From an uncultured Ruminococcus sp. (GTDB lineage Bacteria; Bacillota; Clostridia; Oscillospirales; CAG-272): a DNA stretch of 41,335 nt. Position 1 is the stretch's first letter. Each line of letters opens with the position of its first letter. Location: NCBI GenBank assembly GCA_902803255.1, contig CADCPG010000048.1:1-41335 (forward strand), read 5' to 3'. Positions 33,208 to 41,290 of the stretch are shown piece by piece. The notes under the pieces are model-generated. The model saw only the letters and a program-made list of their open reading frames with translations. It made no database searches and had not been told where the DNA came from. The position numbers and the translations under genes were made by a program.

Positions 33208-35535
33208 ATGATGACAAAAGAAATAAGCGAAGTGGCCTCCCGTATAAGGACTCTTCGCGAAGTTGCCGGCATGAGCCAGCAGGAGGCGGCCAGCCGCACC
33301 GAAGTATCGCTCTCCGAATACCGTTCTCTGGAACAGGGCGAGAAGGACTTCCCCTTCACGTTCATATACAAGGCCGCGGCGACCTTCGGGGTCGAGATGC
33401 GCGACATACTCGAAGGAACGAGCCCGAATCTCAAACTCTATACAGTGACGAGAAAAGGCGAGGGGATGCCCATCGCCCGCAACACCGGATTCACCTACCA
33501 CAACCTTGCGCCGTCGTTCAAGCACAAGTCGGCCGAACCCTTCTGGGTCAGCATCCCGGCCGAATCGGAGAACGAGCCGCCCGTCTTCACCAAGCACAAC
33601 GGCCAGGAGATCGACATCGTCATAAAGGGCAAACTCGAGATCAGGATCCACGACCGGATGGAGATACTGAACGAGGGCGACACCATCTACTACAACAGTT
33701 CCTATCCGCACGCCCTGCGTGCGATGGGAGGCAGGGTCTGCGAGGTCTACGCCATAGTCCTCAAGCCCTCCGAGACCGACAGCTCGTTCGATCAGAACGC
33801 CGTCGATCCCGAGAACGCCGTCGCGCCGGAGGAGATCACCGAGAGGACGGTCGCCGACGACTTCGTATCGCTTTCGTTCGACGACAAGGGCGTCGTGAAC
33901 GGCATATCGTTCAAAAACGAGGACAGATTCAACTTCGCCTTCGACGTTGTCGACAGGATCGCGGCGAAAACGCCCGACAGGCGCGCGATGCTCTGGGTCG
34001 GGGCCGACAAGCGCGACCACTCCTTCACATTCGGCGACATGTCGAGATACTCGAACATGACGGCCAACTACTTCCAGTCGGTCGGAATAAAGCGGGGCGA
34101 CAGGGTGATGCTGGTGCTCAAGCGCCACTATCAGTTCTGGTTCTGCATGCTCGCGCTCCACAAGATCGGAGCTATAGCCATCCCCGCCACGAACCAGCTG
34201 GTGCTGCACGACTTTGAATACCGCTTCGACGCCGCCGGCGTCAGCGCCATCGTATGCACGGCCGACGGAGAGACACATCTGCACGCCGAAAAGGCCGCCG
34301 AGGCCCACCCCGGCATGATAAAGATACTCGTAGGCGGAAAGCGCGAGGGCTGGCTCGACTACAACAGCGAGATGTCGCTCTGCAGCGACTCGTTCATGCG
34401 CACCGCCAACTCCCCCTGCGGCGACGACAAGATGCTCATGCTCTTCACGTCGGGCACCTCGGGATACCCCAGGATCGCCGCGCATTCGTACAAATACCCG
34501 CTGGGGCACTACATCACCGCCAGATGCTGGCATTCGGTCCATCCCGACGGCCTTCACTTCACCGTATCCGATACCGGATGGGGCAAGGCGCTCTGGGGAA
34601 AGCTCTACGGACAGTGGCTCTGCGAGGCCCCCGTATTCACATACGACTTCGACCGCTTCAACCCGGCCGACATACTTCCCCTCTTCGAGAAATACCGCAT
34701 AACCACCTTCTGCGCGCCGCCCACGATCTACCGCTATCTGATCAGAGAAGACCTGTCGAAGTACAACCTCTCGTCGATCGAATACGCGACGACCGCGGGA
34801 GAGGCGCTCAACCCCGAGGTCTCGAACATCTTCTACTCCGCCACCGGCCTTCGCATCATGGAGGCCTTCGGTCAGACCGAGACGACGCTCGTCATAGGCA
34901 ATTTCGTCGGTTCCGTCCCGAAGACCGGCTCGATGGGCAAACCGTCGCCGCTCTACAAGGTCGAGCTGCTCGGCGCCGACGGCAAAAAGTGCGCCCCCGG
35001 CGAGACCGGCGAGATCTGCATCGACGTATCCGGAGGCCGCCCCTGCGGGCTGTTCCTCGGCTACTATAACGACCCCGACACCACCGCGAAGGTCCTGCAC
35101 GACGGCTACTACCACACCGGCGACACCGCGACGGTGGACGAGGACGGCTACTACTGGTACATCGGCCGCGTCGACGACGTCATCAAGTCATCGGGCTACC
35201 GCATAGGGCCGTTCGAGATCGAGAGCGTCATAATGGAGCTCCCGTATGTCCTCGAGTGCGCGATCACGGCGGTCCCCGACGAAGTCAGAGGCCAGATAGT
35301 CAAGGCCACCATTGTCCTCACCCGCGGCACGAAGCCGTCCGAGGAGCTGAAGAAGGAGATCCAGGGATACGTCAAGACGCACACCGCGCCGTACAAGTAC
35401 CCGAGGGTCGTCGAATTCACCGACGAGCTCCCCAAGACGATAAGCGGAAAGGTCAGGCGCTTCGTGATCAGGAGCAGAGACATTGAGAAGCTCGGAGCCG
35501 AACCCGGGACGCCGGTGAAGACCGAAAACAGATAA
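33208..35535 (+). CDS. Fusion protein: XRE-type HTH, cupin domain, acidic linker, and an ANL-superfamily acyl-CoA synthetase (medium-chain/ACSM-like)
   Basis: ATG 33208 has SD AAGGGAGA upstream. The HTH is IRTLREVAGMSQQEAASRTEVSLSEYRSLEQGE. The cupin is HNGQEIDIVIKGKLEIRIHDRMEILNEGDTIYYNSSYPHAL. ANL motifs are LMLFTSGTSGYPR, EAFGQTE, YYHTGD, GRVDDVIKSSGYRIGPFEIE and PKTISGKVRR. No stop or frame break occurs across the junction. Confidence 0.85.
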   Translation: MMTKEISEVASRIRTLREVAGMSQQEAASRTEVSLSEYRSLEQGEKDFPFTFIYKAAATFGVEMRDILEGTSPNLKLYTVTRKGEGMPIARNTGFTYHNLAPSFKHKSAEPFWVSIPAESENEPPVFTKHNGQEIDIVIKGKLEIRIHDRMEILNEGDTIYYNSSYPHALRAMGGRVCEVYAIVLKPSETDSSFDQNAVDPENAVAPEEITERTVADDFVSLSFDDKGVVNGISFKNEDRFNFAFDVVDRIAAKTPDRRAMLWVGADKRDHSFTFGDMSRYSNMTANYFQSVGIKRGDRVMLVLKRHYQFWFCMLALHKIGAIAIPATNQLVLHDFEYRFDAAGVSAIVCTADGETHLHAEKAAEAHPGMIKILVGGKREGWLDYNSEMSLCSDSFMRTANSPCGDDKMLMLFTSGTSGYPRIAAHSYKYPLGHYITARCWHSVHPDGLHFTVSDTGWGKALWGKLYGQWLCEAPVFTYDFDRFNPADILPLFEKYRITTFCAPPTIYRYLIREDLSKYNLSSIEYATTAGEALNPEVSNIFYSATGLRIMEAFGQTETTLVIGNFVGSVPKTGSMGKPSPLYKVELLGADGKKCAPGETGEICIDVSGGRPCGLFLGYYNDPDTTAKVLHDGYYHTGDTATVDEDGYYWYIGRVDDVIKSSGYRIGPFEIESVIMELPYVLECAITAVPDEVRGQIVKATIVLTRGTKPSEELKKEIQGYVKTHTAPYKYPRVVEFTDELPKTISGKVRRFVIRSRDIEKLGAEPGTPVKTENR

Positions 35536-35551
35536 AAAAGGAGACGCCGCC

Positions 35552-36859
35552 ATGACGCTCGACTACAGAAGAGAATTTGAGATCCGGCACCGCTATGACG
35601 TTGCGGTGATAGGCGGAGGACCCGCCGGAGTCGCCGCGGCCGTCGAGGCGGCCCGTAACGGGGCTGACACGCTGCTTGCGGAATCGTCGGGACTCCTGGG
35701 CGGTATGGCGGCGTCGGCCCTCGTAGGGCCCTTTATGACGTGCTACGACAGGGACGGCGAGCGAAAGGTCGTCGGCGGCATCTTCGACGAGATAGTCGAA
35801 CGCACGGCGGCCCTGGGCGGGGCGATACCGCCGTCGGAGACAGACTCCCCCTCGCGCTACACCTCATTCATCTCGAAATACCACAGGCATGTGACTCCCT
35901 TCGATTCATTCGCACTTGAGACCGCGCTCGACGGAATGGTCAAAGAGGCGGGTGTCGACCTTATGCTCTACACCTCATTCTGCGACGCCGTCGTGAATGA
36001 GGAGAACGGAAAGATAGACGCGCTCATCTTCTCATCACTCGAGGGCCTCTGGGCCGCTCAGGCGGACGTCGTGGTCGACTGCACCGGCACCGCCGCCGTG
36101 GCGGCCGCCGCCGGTGCGCCGACCTGGAAGGGCGGCGAGGACGGCGCGCCTCCGCAGCCCGGGACCTATTTCTTCGAGGTCGACGGCGTGAACGACGAGG
36201 GATACGTCGCGCGCCCCAAGGCGCCGGTGAAGGCGTACATGCTCCCCGGAGGCGGCGCGTACAAAATAAACAGCTACCGCGTCTTCGGCGTCGATGCGGC
36301 GGACTCCGCAAGCATGACGGAAGGAACGGTAGCGGGAAGAAAACAGGTATTCAAAGCACTCGACGTCCTGCACGGCACGCCCGGCTTCGAGAACGCGAGG
36401 CTCTCTCAGGCGGCGTCGATGCTCGGCGTGCGCGAGAGCAGACACATCCGCGGGAAATACATCCTGAAGGTGAGCGACCTCACCGGGGGGACCGTGTTCG
36501 ACGATTCGATCTGCTGCTTCGGATACGGGATGGACGTGCATCCGCGCGACCCCGGCCTCGAGGGCAAGGGCAATTTCAAGATAGAGGTGGCGCCGGTATA
36601 TACGATACCCTACCGCTGCCTCGTTACGGAAACGGTAGGGAATCTGCTTGCCGCGGGCAAGTGTATCAGCGCCGAATCTCAGGCGGCCGGGAGCATACGC
36701 GTCATGCCTGCCTGCGTGGCGACGGGACAGGCCGCGGGCGCGGCTGCCGCGATGGCATCCCTGTCCGGAACATCTCCGTCCCGGATCGACACGGAAAAGC
36801 TCATATCGCTGCTCCGCTCTCACGGCGCGGTGACCTGCCCCGCCGACATTGCCGGCTGA
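35552..36859 (+). CDS. FAD-dependent oxidoreductase (FAD_oxidored-like, no signal peptide)
   Basis: Dinucleotide fold YDVAVIGGGPAGVAAAVEAARNGADTLLAE. The C-terminus AAGKCISAESQAAGSIRVMPACVATGQAAG is typical of this flavoprotein family. SD AAGGAGA lies 7 nt upstream, 16 nt after the previous stop. Confidence 0.8.
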   Translation: MTLDYRREFEIRHRYDVAVIGGGPAGVAAAVEAARNGADTLLAESSGLLGGMAASALVGPFMTCYDRDGERKVVGGIFDEIVERTAALGGAIPPSETDSPSRYTSFISKYHRHVTPFDSFALETALDGMVKEAGVDLMLYTSFCDAVVNEENGKIDALIFSSLEGLWAAQADVVVDCTGTAAVAAAAGAPTWKGGEDGAPPQPGTYFFEVDGVNDEGYVARPKAPVKAYMLPGGGAYKINSYRVFGVDAADSASMTEGTVAGRKQVFKALDVLHGTPGFENARLSQAASMLGVRESRHIRGKYILKVSDLTGGTVFDDSICCFGYGMDVHPRDPGLEGKGNFKIEVAPVYTIPYRCLVTETVGNLLAAGKCISAESQAAGSIRVMPACVATGQAAGAAAAMASLSGTSPSRIDTEKLISLLRSHGAVTCPADIAG

Positions 36860-36865
36860 GGAGGC

Positions 36866-37141
36866 TCAGAGACTGCTCAGAGCCTCTTTGATTGCGTCGA
36901 TAAGCTTGGTACCGGCACCTGAAAGTACCGATATTGTAAGCACGACAAGGAAGATCACCAAAGCCACTAACAGAACGCAGAAATAGGATCTGGCGAAGTT
37001 CCGGCGGTTGATATTGGCCGACGAGATGCTGAAAACGATGAGAAAGATGAACCCTACGACCGGGATGGAAAACAGTATCTGAAGCCCGAAATATGACCAG
37101 GGAGACAGCGGCCTCAGCTGTTCTGAAGAATACTGATTCAC
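36866..37141 (-). CDS. Small 2-TM membrane protein, hypothetical
   Basis: 91 aa. The GTG start has SD AGAGAGGT 7 nt upstream. WSYFGLQILFSIPVVGFIFLIVF and SYFCVLLVALVIFLVVLTISVL are hydrophobic helices. Confidence 0.6.
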   Translation of the reverse strand: MNQYSSEQLRPLSPWSYFGLQILFSIPVVGFIFLIVFSISSANINRRNFARSYFCVLLVALVIFLVVLTISVLSGAGTKLIDAIKEALSSL

Positions 37142-37178
37142 GGCGTGTACCTCTCTTTTGACAGTTTATTTTTTTGCC

Positions 37179-37211
37179 GGCCGGCGGAGTTCTCCGCCGG
37201 CCAGCTGTTTT
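37179..37211 (+). terminator. GC-rich hairpin whose U-run lies on the plus-strand transcript. Candidate terminator of the long plus-strand operon.
   Basis: GGCCGGCGGA-gttc-TCCGCCGGCC (10 bp), followed by agctgtttt on the + strand. On the minus-strand RNA the stem is followed by an A-run instead. Confidence 0.45.
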
Positions 37212-37231
37212 ACTGTACGCTGGACCGGATG

Positions 37232-38659
37232 TCAGAACTCGATCCTTTTTTCGATATACTCGCGGAGCCCGGATACCGGGATCCTGACCTGCTCCATGCT
37301 GTCCCTCTCCCTGACCGTGACGCAGCCGTCGGTCTCGGAGTCGAAATCGTACGTGACGCAGAAGGGGGTCCCGATCTCGTCCTGTCTGCGGTATCTCTTG
37401 CCGATAGACCCGGTCTCGTCGTATTCGACGGCAAAGTATTTGCAGAGAGTGTCGGCGATCTTCCCCGCTCCCTCGGCAAGCTTCTTTGAGAGCGGCAGTA
37501 CGGCCGCCTTTACGGGAGCAAGCGCGGGATGGAGCCTCATTACGGTGCGGACGTCGTTCTTCGCCGGATCGACAACCTCTTCGTCGTAGGCGTCGCAGAG
37601 CACTGCCAGCACAGACCGCTCGACGCCGAGCGACGGCTCGATGACGTACGGGATGTAATGCTCGTTCTTCTCCTGGTCGAAATAGGTGAGGTCCTTTCCC
37701 GACACCGTCTGGTGCTGGGTGAGGTCGTAGTCGGTCCTGTCGGCGACGCCCCAGAGTTCGCCCCATCCGAACGGGAAGAGGTACTCGAAGTCCGTCGTGG
37801 CCTTGGAATAGAACACCAGCTCCTCGGGATCGTGGTCGCGGAGCCTGATGTGATCCTCCTTAAGGCCGATCGACAGCAGCCAGTCGCGGCAGAAGCCGCG
37901 CCAGTAGTCGAACCATTCGAGGTCGGTGCCGGGCTCGCAGAAGAACTCGAGCTCCATCTGTTCGAACTCGCGGACTCTGAATATGAAGTTGCCGGGAGTT
38001 ATCTCGTTTCTGAAGGACTTCCCTATCTGGCCTATGCCGAAGGGGAGTTTTTTTCTTGTGGTGCGCTGGACGTTCACGAAGTTGACGAATATGCCCTGCG
38101 CCGTCTCGGGACGGAGATACACGGTGTTCTTGGTGTCCTCGGTGACGCCCTGGAAGGTCTTGAACATCAGGTTGAACTGTCTGATGTCGGTGAAGTTGTG
38201 CTTTCCGCAGCTCGGGCAGGGGATCGCCTTTTCCTCTATGAATGCCTTCATCTCGGGCTGAGTGAAGGCGTCGATGGGTTTGTCGAGGACAAATCCGGTC
38301 TCAGCGCACCAGTCCTCGATAAGTTTGTCAGCTCTGAAGCGCTCGTGGCATTCGCGGCAGTCCATGAGTGGATCCGAGAATCCGGACAGATGGCCGGAGG
38401 CCACCCAGGTCTGCGGATTCATGAGTATGGCGGCGTCGAGGCCGACGTTGTATTTGTTCTCCTGGACGAATTTCTTCCACCAGGCGCGCTTGATGTTGTT
38501 CTTGAGCTCGACTCCCAGCGGGCCGTAGTCCCAGGTGTTGGCGAGTCCGCCGTAGATCTCGGAGCCGGGGAAAATGAAGCCGCGCGTCTTGCACAGCGCC
38601 ACGATCTTGTCCATGTCCCGCAGCGCGGGATTGCCCTGAATGCTGTTTTCGTTGTCCAT
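37232..38659 (-). CDS. glyQS: Glycine--tRNA ligase (alpha2 homodimeric type)
   Basis: [23 protein letters not shown], the class II motifs, and the C-terminal anticodon-binding region [16 protein letters not shown] lies 7 nt upstream. Confidence 0.93.
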   Translation of the reverse strand: MDNENSIQGNPALRDMDKIVALCKTRGFIFPGSEIYGGLANTWDYGPLGVELKNNIKRAWWKKFVQENKYNVGLDAAILMNPQTWVASGHLSGFSDPLMDCRECHERFRADKLIEDWCAETGFVLDKPIDAFTQPEMKAFIEEKAIPCPSCGKHNFTDIRQFNLMFKTFQGVTEDTKNTVYLRPETAQGIFVNFVNVQRTTRKKLPFGIGQIGKSFRNEITPGNFIFRVREFEQMELEFFCEPGTDLEWFDYWRGFCRDWLLSIGLKEDHIRLRDHDPEELVFYSKATTDFEYLFPFGWGELWGVADRTDYDLTQHQTVSGKDLTYFDQEKNEHYIPYVIEPSLGVERSVLAVLCDAYDEEVVDPAKNDVRTVMRLHPALAPVKAAVLPLSKKLAEGAGKIADTLCKYFAVEYDETGSIGKRYRRQDEIGTPFCVTYDFDSETDGCVTVRERDSMEQVRIPVSGLREYIEKRIEF

Positions 38660-38716
38660 TGACGTATCCTTTGTATATCTTTTTTTCTGTTTGGATTGCT
38701 GTTTCGTCGGGGGAGG

Positions 38717-39868
38717 TCAGCCGTTCTTCTTTTCGTAGAGCTTCTTGTATTTCGAGAAGGCGTTTATCGTCGCGTTCTCGTCGTAGACAGAGGCCTCGGG
38801 GTCGCCGGGCACCGGTTTTTTCACCGTGACCGTCGAGATCTCGACCGTCGTGCCGCCGCATGTGAAGAGCAGCTCGGCGTTCGACACGAGGTCCTTCGTC
38901 GTGATGTCGGTATCGAGCATTCCGTCGACAGCCTTGATGAACTCGTCCGTCCTTGCCCTTCCGCCGAGCGACGTGAGGTCTGAGATGAACGACTGCACGA
39001 AGTTGACCGTCGTGCGCTTGCGGCTGTTCACGCCGTCGGTATAGCTGTTGAACATCAGCAGCTGCAGGGCCTTGTCGCCGTTAAGCTTCTGGCTCCCTGC
39101 CTTGAGATCGATATGCACGTTTCCCGAGACGTCGTCGTATTTCATATTGCAGGGCACGTATACGCTGACTCCGCCGATCGCGTCGATGACCTTCGGGAAC
39201 GACTCCATGGTGGCGAGCGCGTACCTGTCGACCAGGATACCGGTGAGCGCGTGGATCTTGTCGCGCAGCGCGACGATCCCGTATCTGGAGAAGACCTCAC
39301 CCAGTCTGCAGTATCCGCCGTTGACGGTCACGTAGGCTTTGGGGTCGAACACGGTGTAGCTTATGTGCCCGCGCTCCTTGTCGAAGCGGAGCAGCATGAG
39401 GGTATCGGTCTCGACGGTCCGGTACGAGACCCTGTAGAAGCCGTTCCGGAAGGCGAGCCTGTCGTCCGAGATCTTTACGCCGTCGAGCGGTTCTACGCCG
39501 GAGTCGCTTATCACTCCCGATGGGGCCGGCATGCCGAGATCGTTCGGAACGGGGCGCATCACCGGGTACTCACGCACCACTCCGAAGCGCTCCTCTATGA
39601 CCTTGCTGTCGTAGTCGGCGAAGACTCCGCCCCTGTAATCGCACCCGACGATCAGTATGTTGACCGATTCGCCGTCGGACTCATCGTCGGTACCGGGGAC
39701 CGGTTCGGCCCTGCCGGGGCCTGCCGTCGTGACGGCCTCGGTGGTCTTGCTGTCGAGAGCGCCGTTTATGTTGTTGATGACCAGGTTCACCGCGAGATAC
39801 GCCACGAGCGAAAAGATCAGCAGCGCGATGATGAAGGTCAGAAAGAAATTCTTTATTGCCGACAGCAT
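38717..39868 (-). CDS. LytR-CpsA-Psr (LCP) family cell-wall glycopolymer transferase
   Basis: N-terminal TM IKNFFLTFIIALLIFSLVAYLAV. The LCP core is VNILIVGCDYRG ... DTLMLLRFDK ... VIDAIGGVSVYVP ... LNGDKALQLLMF. I chose the ATG at 39868, with SD GGAGGA 10 nt upstream. Confidence 0.8.
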   Translation of the reverse strand: MLSAIKNFFLTFIIALLIFSLVAYLAVNLVINNINGALDSKTTEAVTTAGPGRAEPVPGTDDESDGESVNILIVGCDYRGGVFADYDSKVIEERFGVVREYPVMRPVPNDLGMPAPSGVISDSGVEPLDGVKISDDRLAFRNGFYRVSYRTVETDTLMLLRFDKERGHISYTVFDPKAYVTVNGGYCRLGEVFSRYGIVALRDKIHALTGILVDRYALATMESFPKVIDAIGGVSVYVPCNMKYDDVSGNVHIDLKAGSQKLNGDKALQLLMFNSYTDGVNSRKRTTVNFVQSFISDLTSLGGRARTDEFIKAVDGMLDTDITTKDLVSNAELLFTCGGTTVEISTVTVKKPVPGDPEASVYDENATINAFSKYKKLYEKKNG

Positions 39869-39932
39869 GATCGCCTTATCCTCCTCCCCTCTTCCGGACA
39901 CCGTCCGTGTTAAAGCAAAATGTGATTATATT

Positions 39933-39961
39933 ATTATATAACTAATCCGCCGATTTTGCAA
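39933..39961 (-). promoter_or_regulatory. Sigma-A-type promoter for the LCP-glyQS transcription unit
   Basis: The minus strand reads TTGCAA-17 nt-TATAAT. The -35 is at 39956-39961 and the -10 at 39933-39938. A second TATAAT lies 2 nt downstream. Confidence 0.7.
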
Positions 39962-39974
39962 GTTAATTCTTCGT

Positions 39975-40024
39975 CTGTGCTACGCCTGTGCTCTGCCTGT
40001 GCTACTCCTGTGCTCCGTCTGAGC
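39975..40024 (-). repeat. 11-bp phased direct repeats, 4.5 copies (minus strand GAGCACAGGAG TAGCACAGGCA GAGCACAGGCG TAGCACAGACG)
   Basis: The + strand core ctgtgct begins at 39975, 39986, 39997 and 40008, exactly 11 bp apart. A partial fifth copy is at 40019. The array lies 8 nt after the tgt stop and 14 nt upstream of the -35 hexamer. Confidence 0.9.
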
Positions 40025-40032
40025 CATGACGG

Positions 40033-41169
40033 TCAGTCGCTGCACCGTTCTGCCAGGGCCGTCCTGAAGCGGCGGTAGAACTCCCCGTATGCGCCGGCGT
40101 CGAGGGCCGCTCTGATCTTTGACATCAGCTCGTTGTAGAAATACAGGTTGTGGAGCACCGCCAGCCTCATGCCCAGCATCTCCTCGGCCTTGAGCAGATG
40201 ACGGATGTACGCCCTGCTGTGAGCGCGGCAGGCCGGGCATCCGCAGCCCGGGTCGATCGGTCTGCCGTCGGTCGCGTACTTCTCGTTGAGTATGTTCATC
40301 TTCCCGTTCCAGGTGAAGAGGTTGCCGTGCCTCGCGTTGCGGCTGGGCATGACGCAGTCGAAGAAATCGACTCCCCGGTACACCCCTTCGAGTATGTTCA
40401 CCGGAGTCCCGACGCCCATGAGGTAGCGCGGTCTGTCTTCCGGCATGAAGGGCTCGACGGCATCAATGATGCGGTACATCTCCTCCGTCTCCTCTCCCAC
40501 GGCAAGACCTCCGATCGCGTAGCCGTCGAGGCCGTACTTCGCGATCTCCTTCATGTGCCGGATGCGGAGGTCCTCGTATGTGCCTCCCTGGTTTATGCCG
40601 AAGAGCAGCTGCGAGGGGTTGACCGTATCGGGAAGCGAATTGAGCCTTGCCATCTCCTCGCGGCACCGCAGCAGCCACCGGGCAGTCCGTTCAGTCGACT
40701 CCCTGACGTAGTCGTACGGCGAGGGATTGGCGACGCATTCGTCGAAGGCCATCGCGATCGTCGAGCCGAGGTTCGACTGGATACGCATGCTCTCCTCGGG
40801 TCCCATGAAGATGCGCCTGCCGTCGATGTGAGAGGCGAAATGCACTCCCTCCTCGGTGATCTTGCGCAGCGACGACAGCGAGAATACCTGAAAGCCTCCG
40901 CTGTCGGTGAGTATCGGGCCGTCCCAGTTCATGAACCGGTGAAGGCCTCCCAGACCCTTTATAAGGGCGTCTCCGGGCCGGAGATGCAGGTGGTAGGTAT
41001 TTGACAGCTCGACCTGGCATCCGACCTCACGGAGGTCCTCGGCGGCGATCCCGCCCTTAACGGCGGCGCAGGTCCCGACGTTCATGAACACAGGCGTCTG
41101 CACCGTCCCGTGTACCGTCTCGAAACTGCCGCGCCTCGCGCGGCCTTCCTTCAAATGCAGCTTGAACAT
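40033..41169 (-). CDS. tgt: tRNA-guanine transglycosylase (queuine tRNA-ribosyltransferase)
   Basis: RARRGSFETVHGTVQTPVFMNVGT, ILTDSGGFQVFS, the Zn site CxCxxC (CGCPACRAHSRAYIRHL), and SD GGAGGGA upstream. Confidence 0.93.
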   Translation of the reverse strand: MFKLHLKEGRARRGSFETVHGTVQTPVFMNVGTCAAVKGGIAAEDLREVGCQVELSNTYHLHLRPGDALIKGLGGLHRFMNWDGPILTDSGGFQVFSLSSLRKITEEGVHFASHIDGRRIFMGPEESMRIQSNLGSTIAMAFDECVANPSPYDYVRESTERTARWLLRCREEMARLNSLPDTVNPSQLLFGINQGGTYEDLRIRHMKEIAKYGLDGYAIGGLAVGEETEEMYRIIDAVEPFMPEDRPRYLMGVGTPVNILEGVYRGVDFFDCVMPSRNARHGNLFTWNGKMNILNEKYATDGRPIDPGCGCPACRAHSRAYIRHLLKAEEMLGMRLAVLHNLYFYNELMSKIRAALDAGAYGEFYRRFRTALAERCSD

Positions 41170-41290
41170 TTATCCCTCCGCGCCTTCATGCGGACATGCA
41201 GGCGCGGTCTCCTTTCGCGCCGCGTCTGCCGCGGCGTCTGTCATTTTTACGCTTTTCGGGCGCAGCTTCGATCTTCTCCGGTGCGGCGGG

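Noticed and set aside
41170-41290. A preQ1 or other riboswitch, or a terminator, in the 121-nt gap upstream of tgt. Hairpins CGCCGCG/CGCGGCG lie at 41218-41236 and GGCGCG/CGCGCC nearby.
   Set aside because: There is no resemblance to the short A-rich preQ1-I/II consensus. On the minus (sense) strand the hairpins are not followed by U-runs. GC-rich short stems are expected by chance at this composition.
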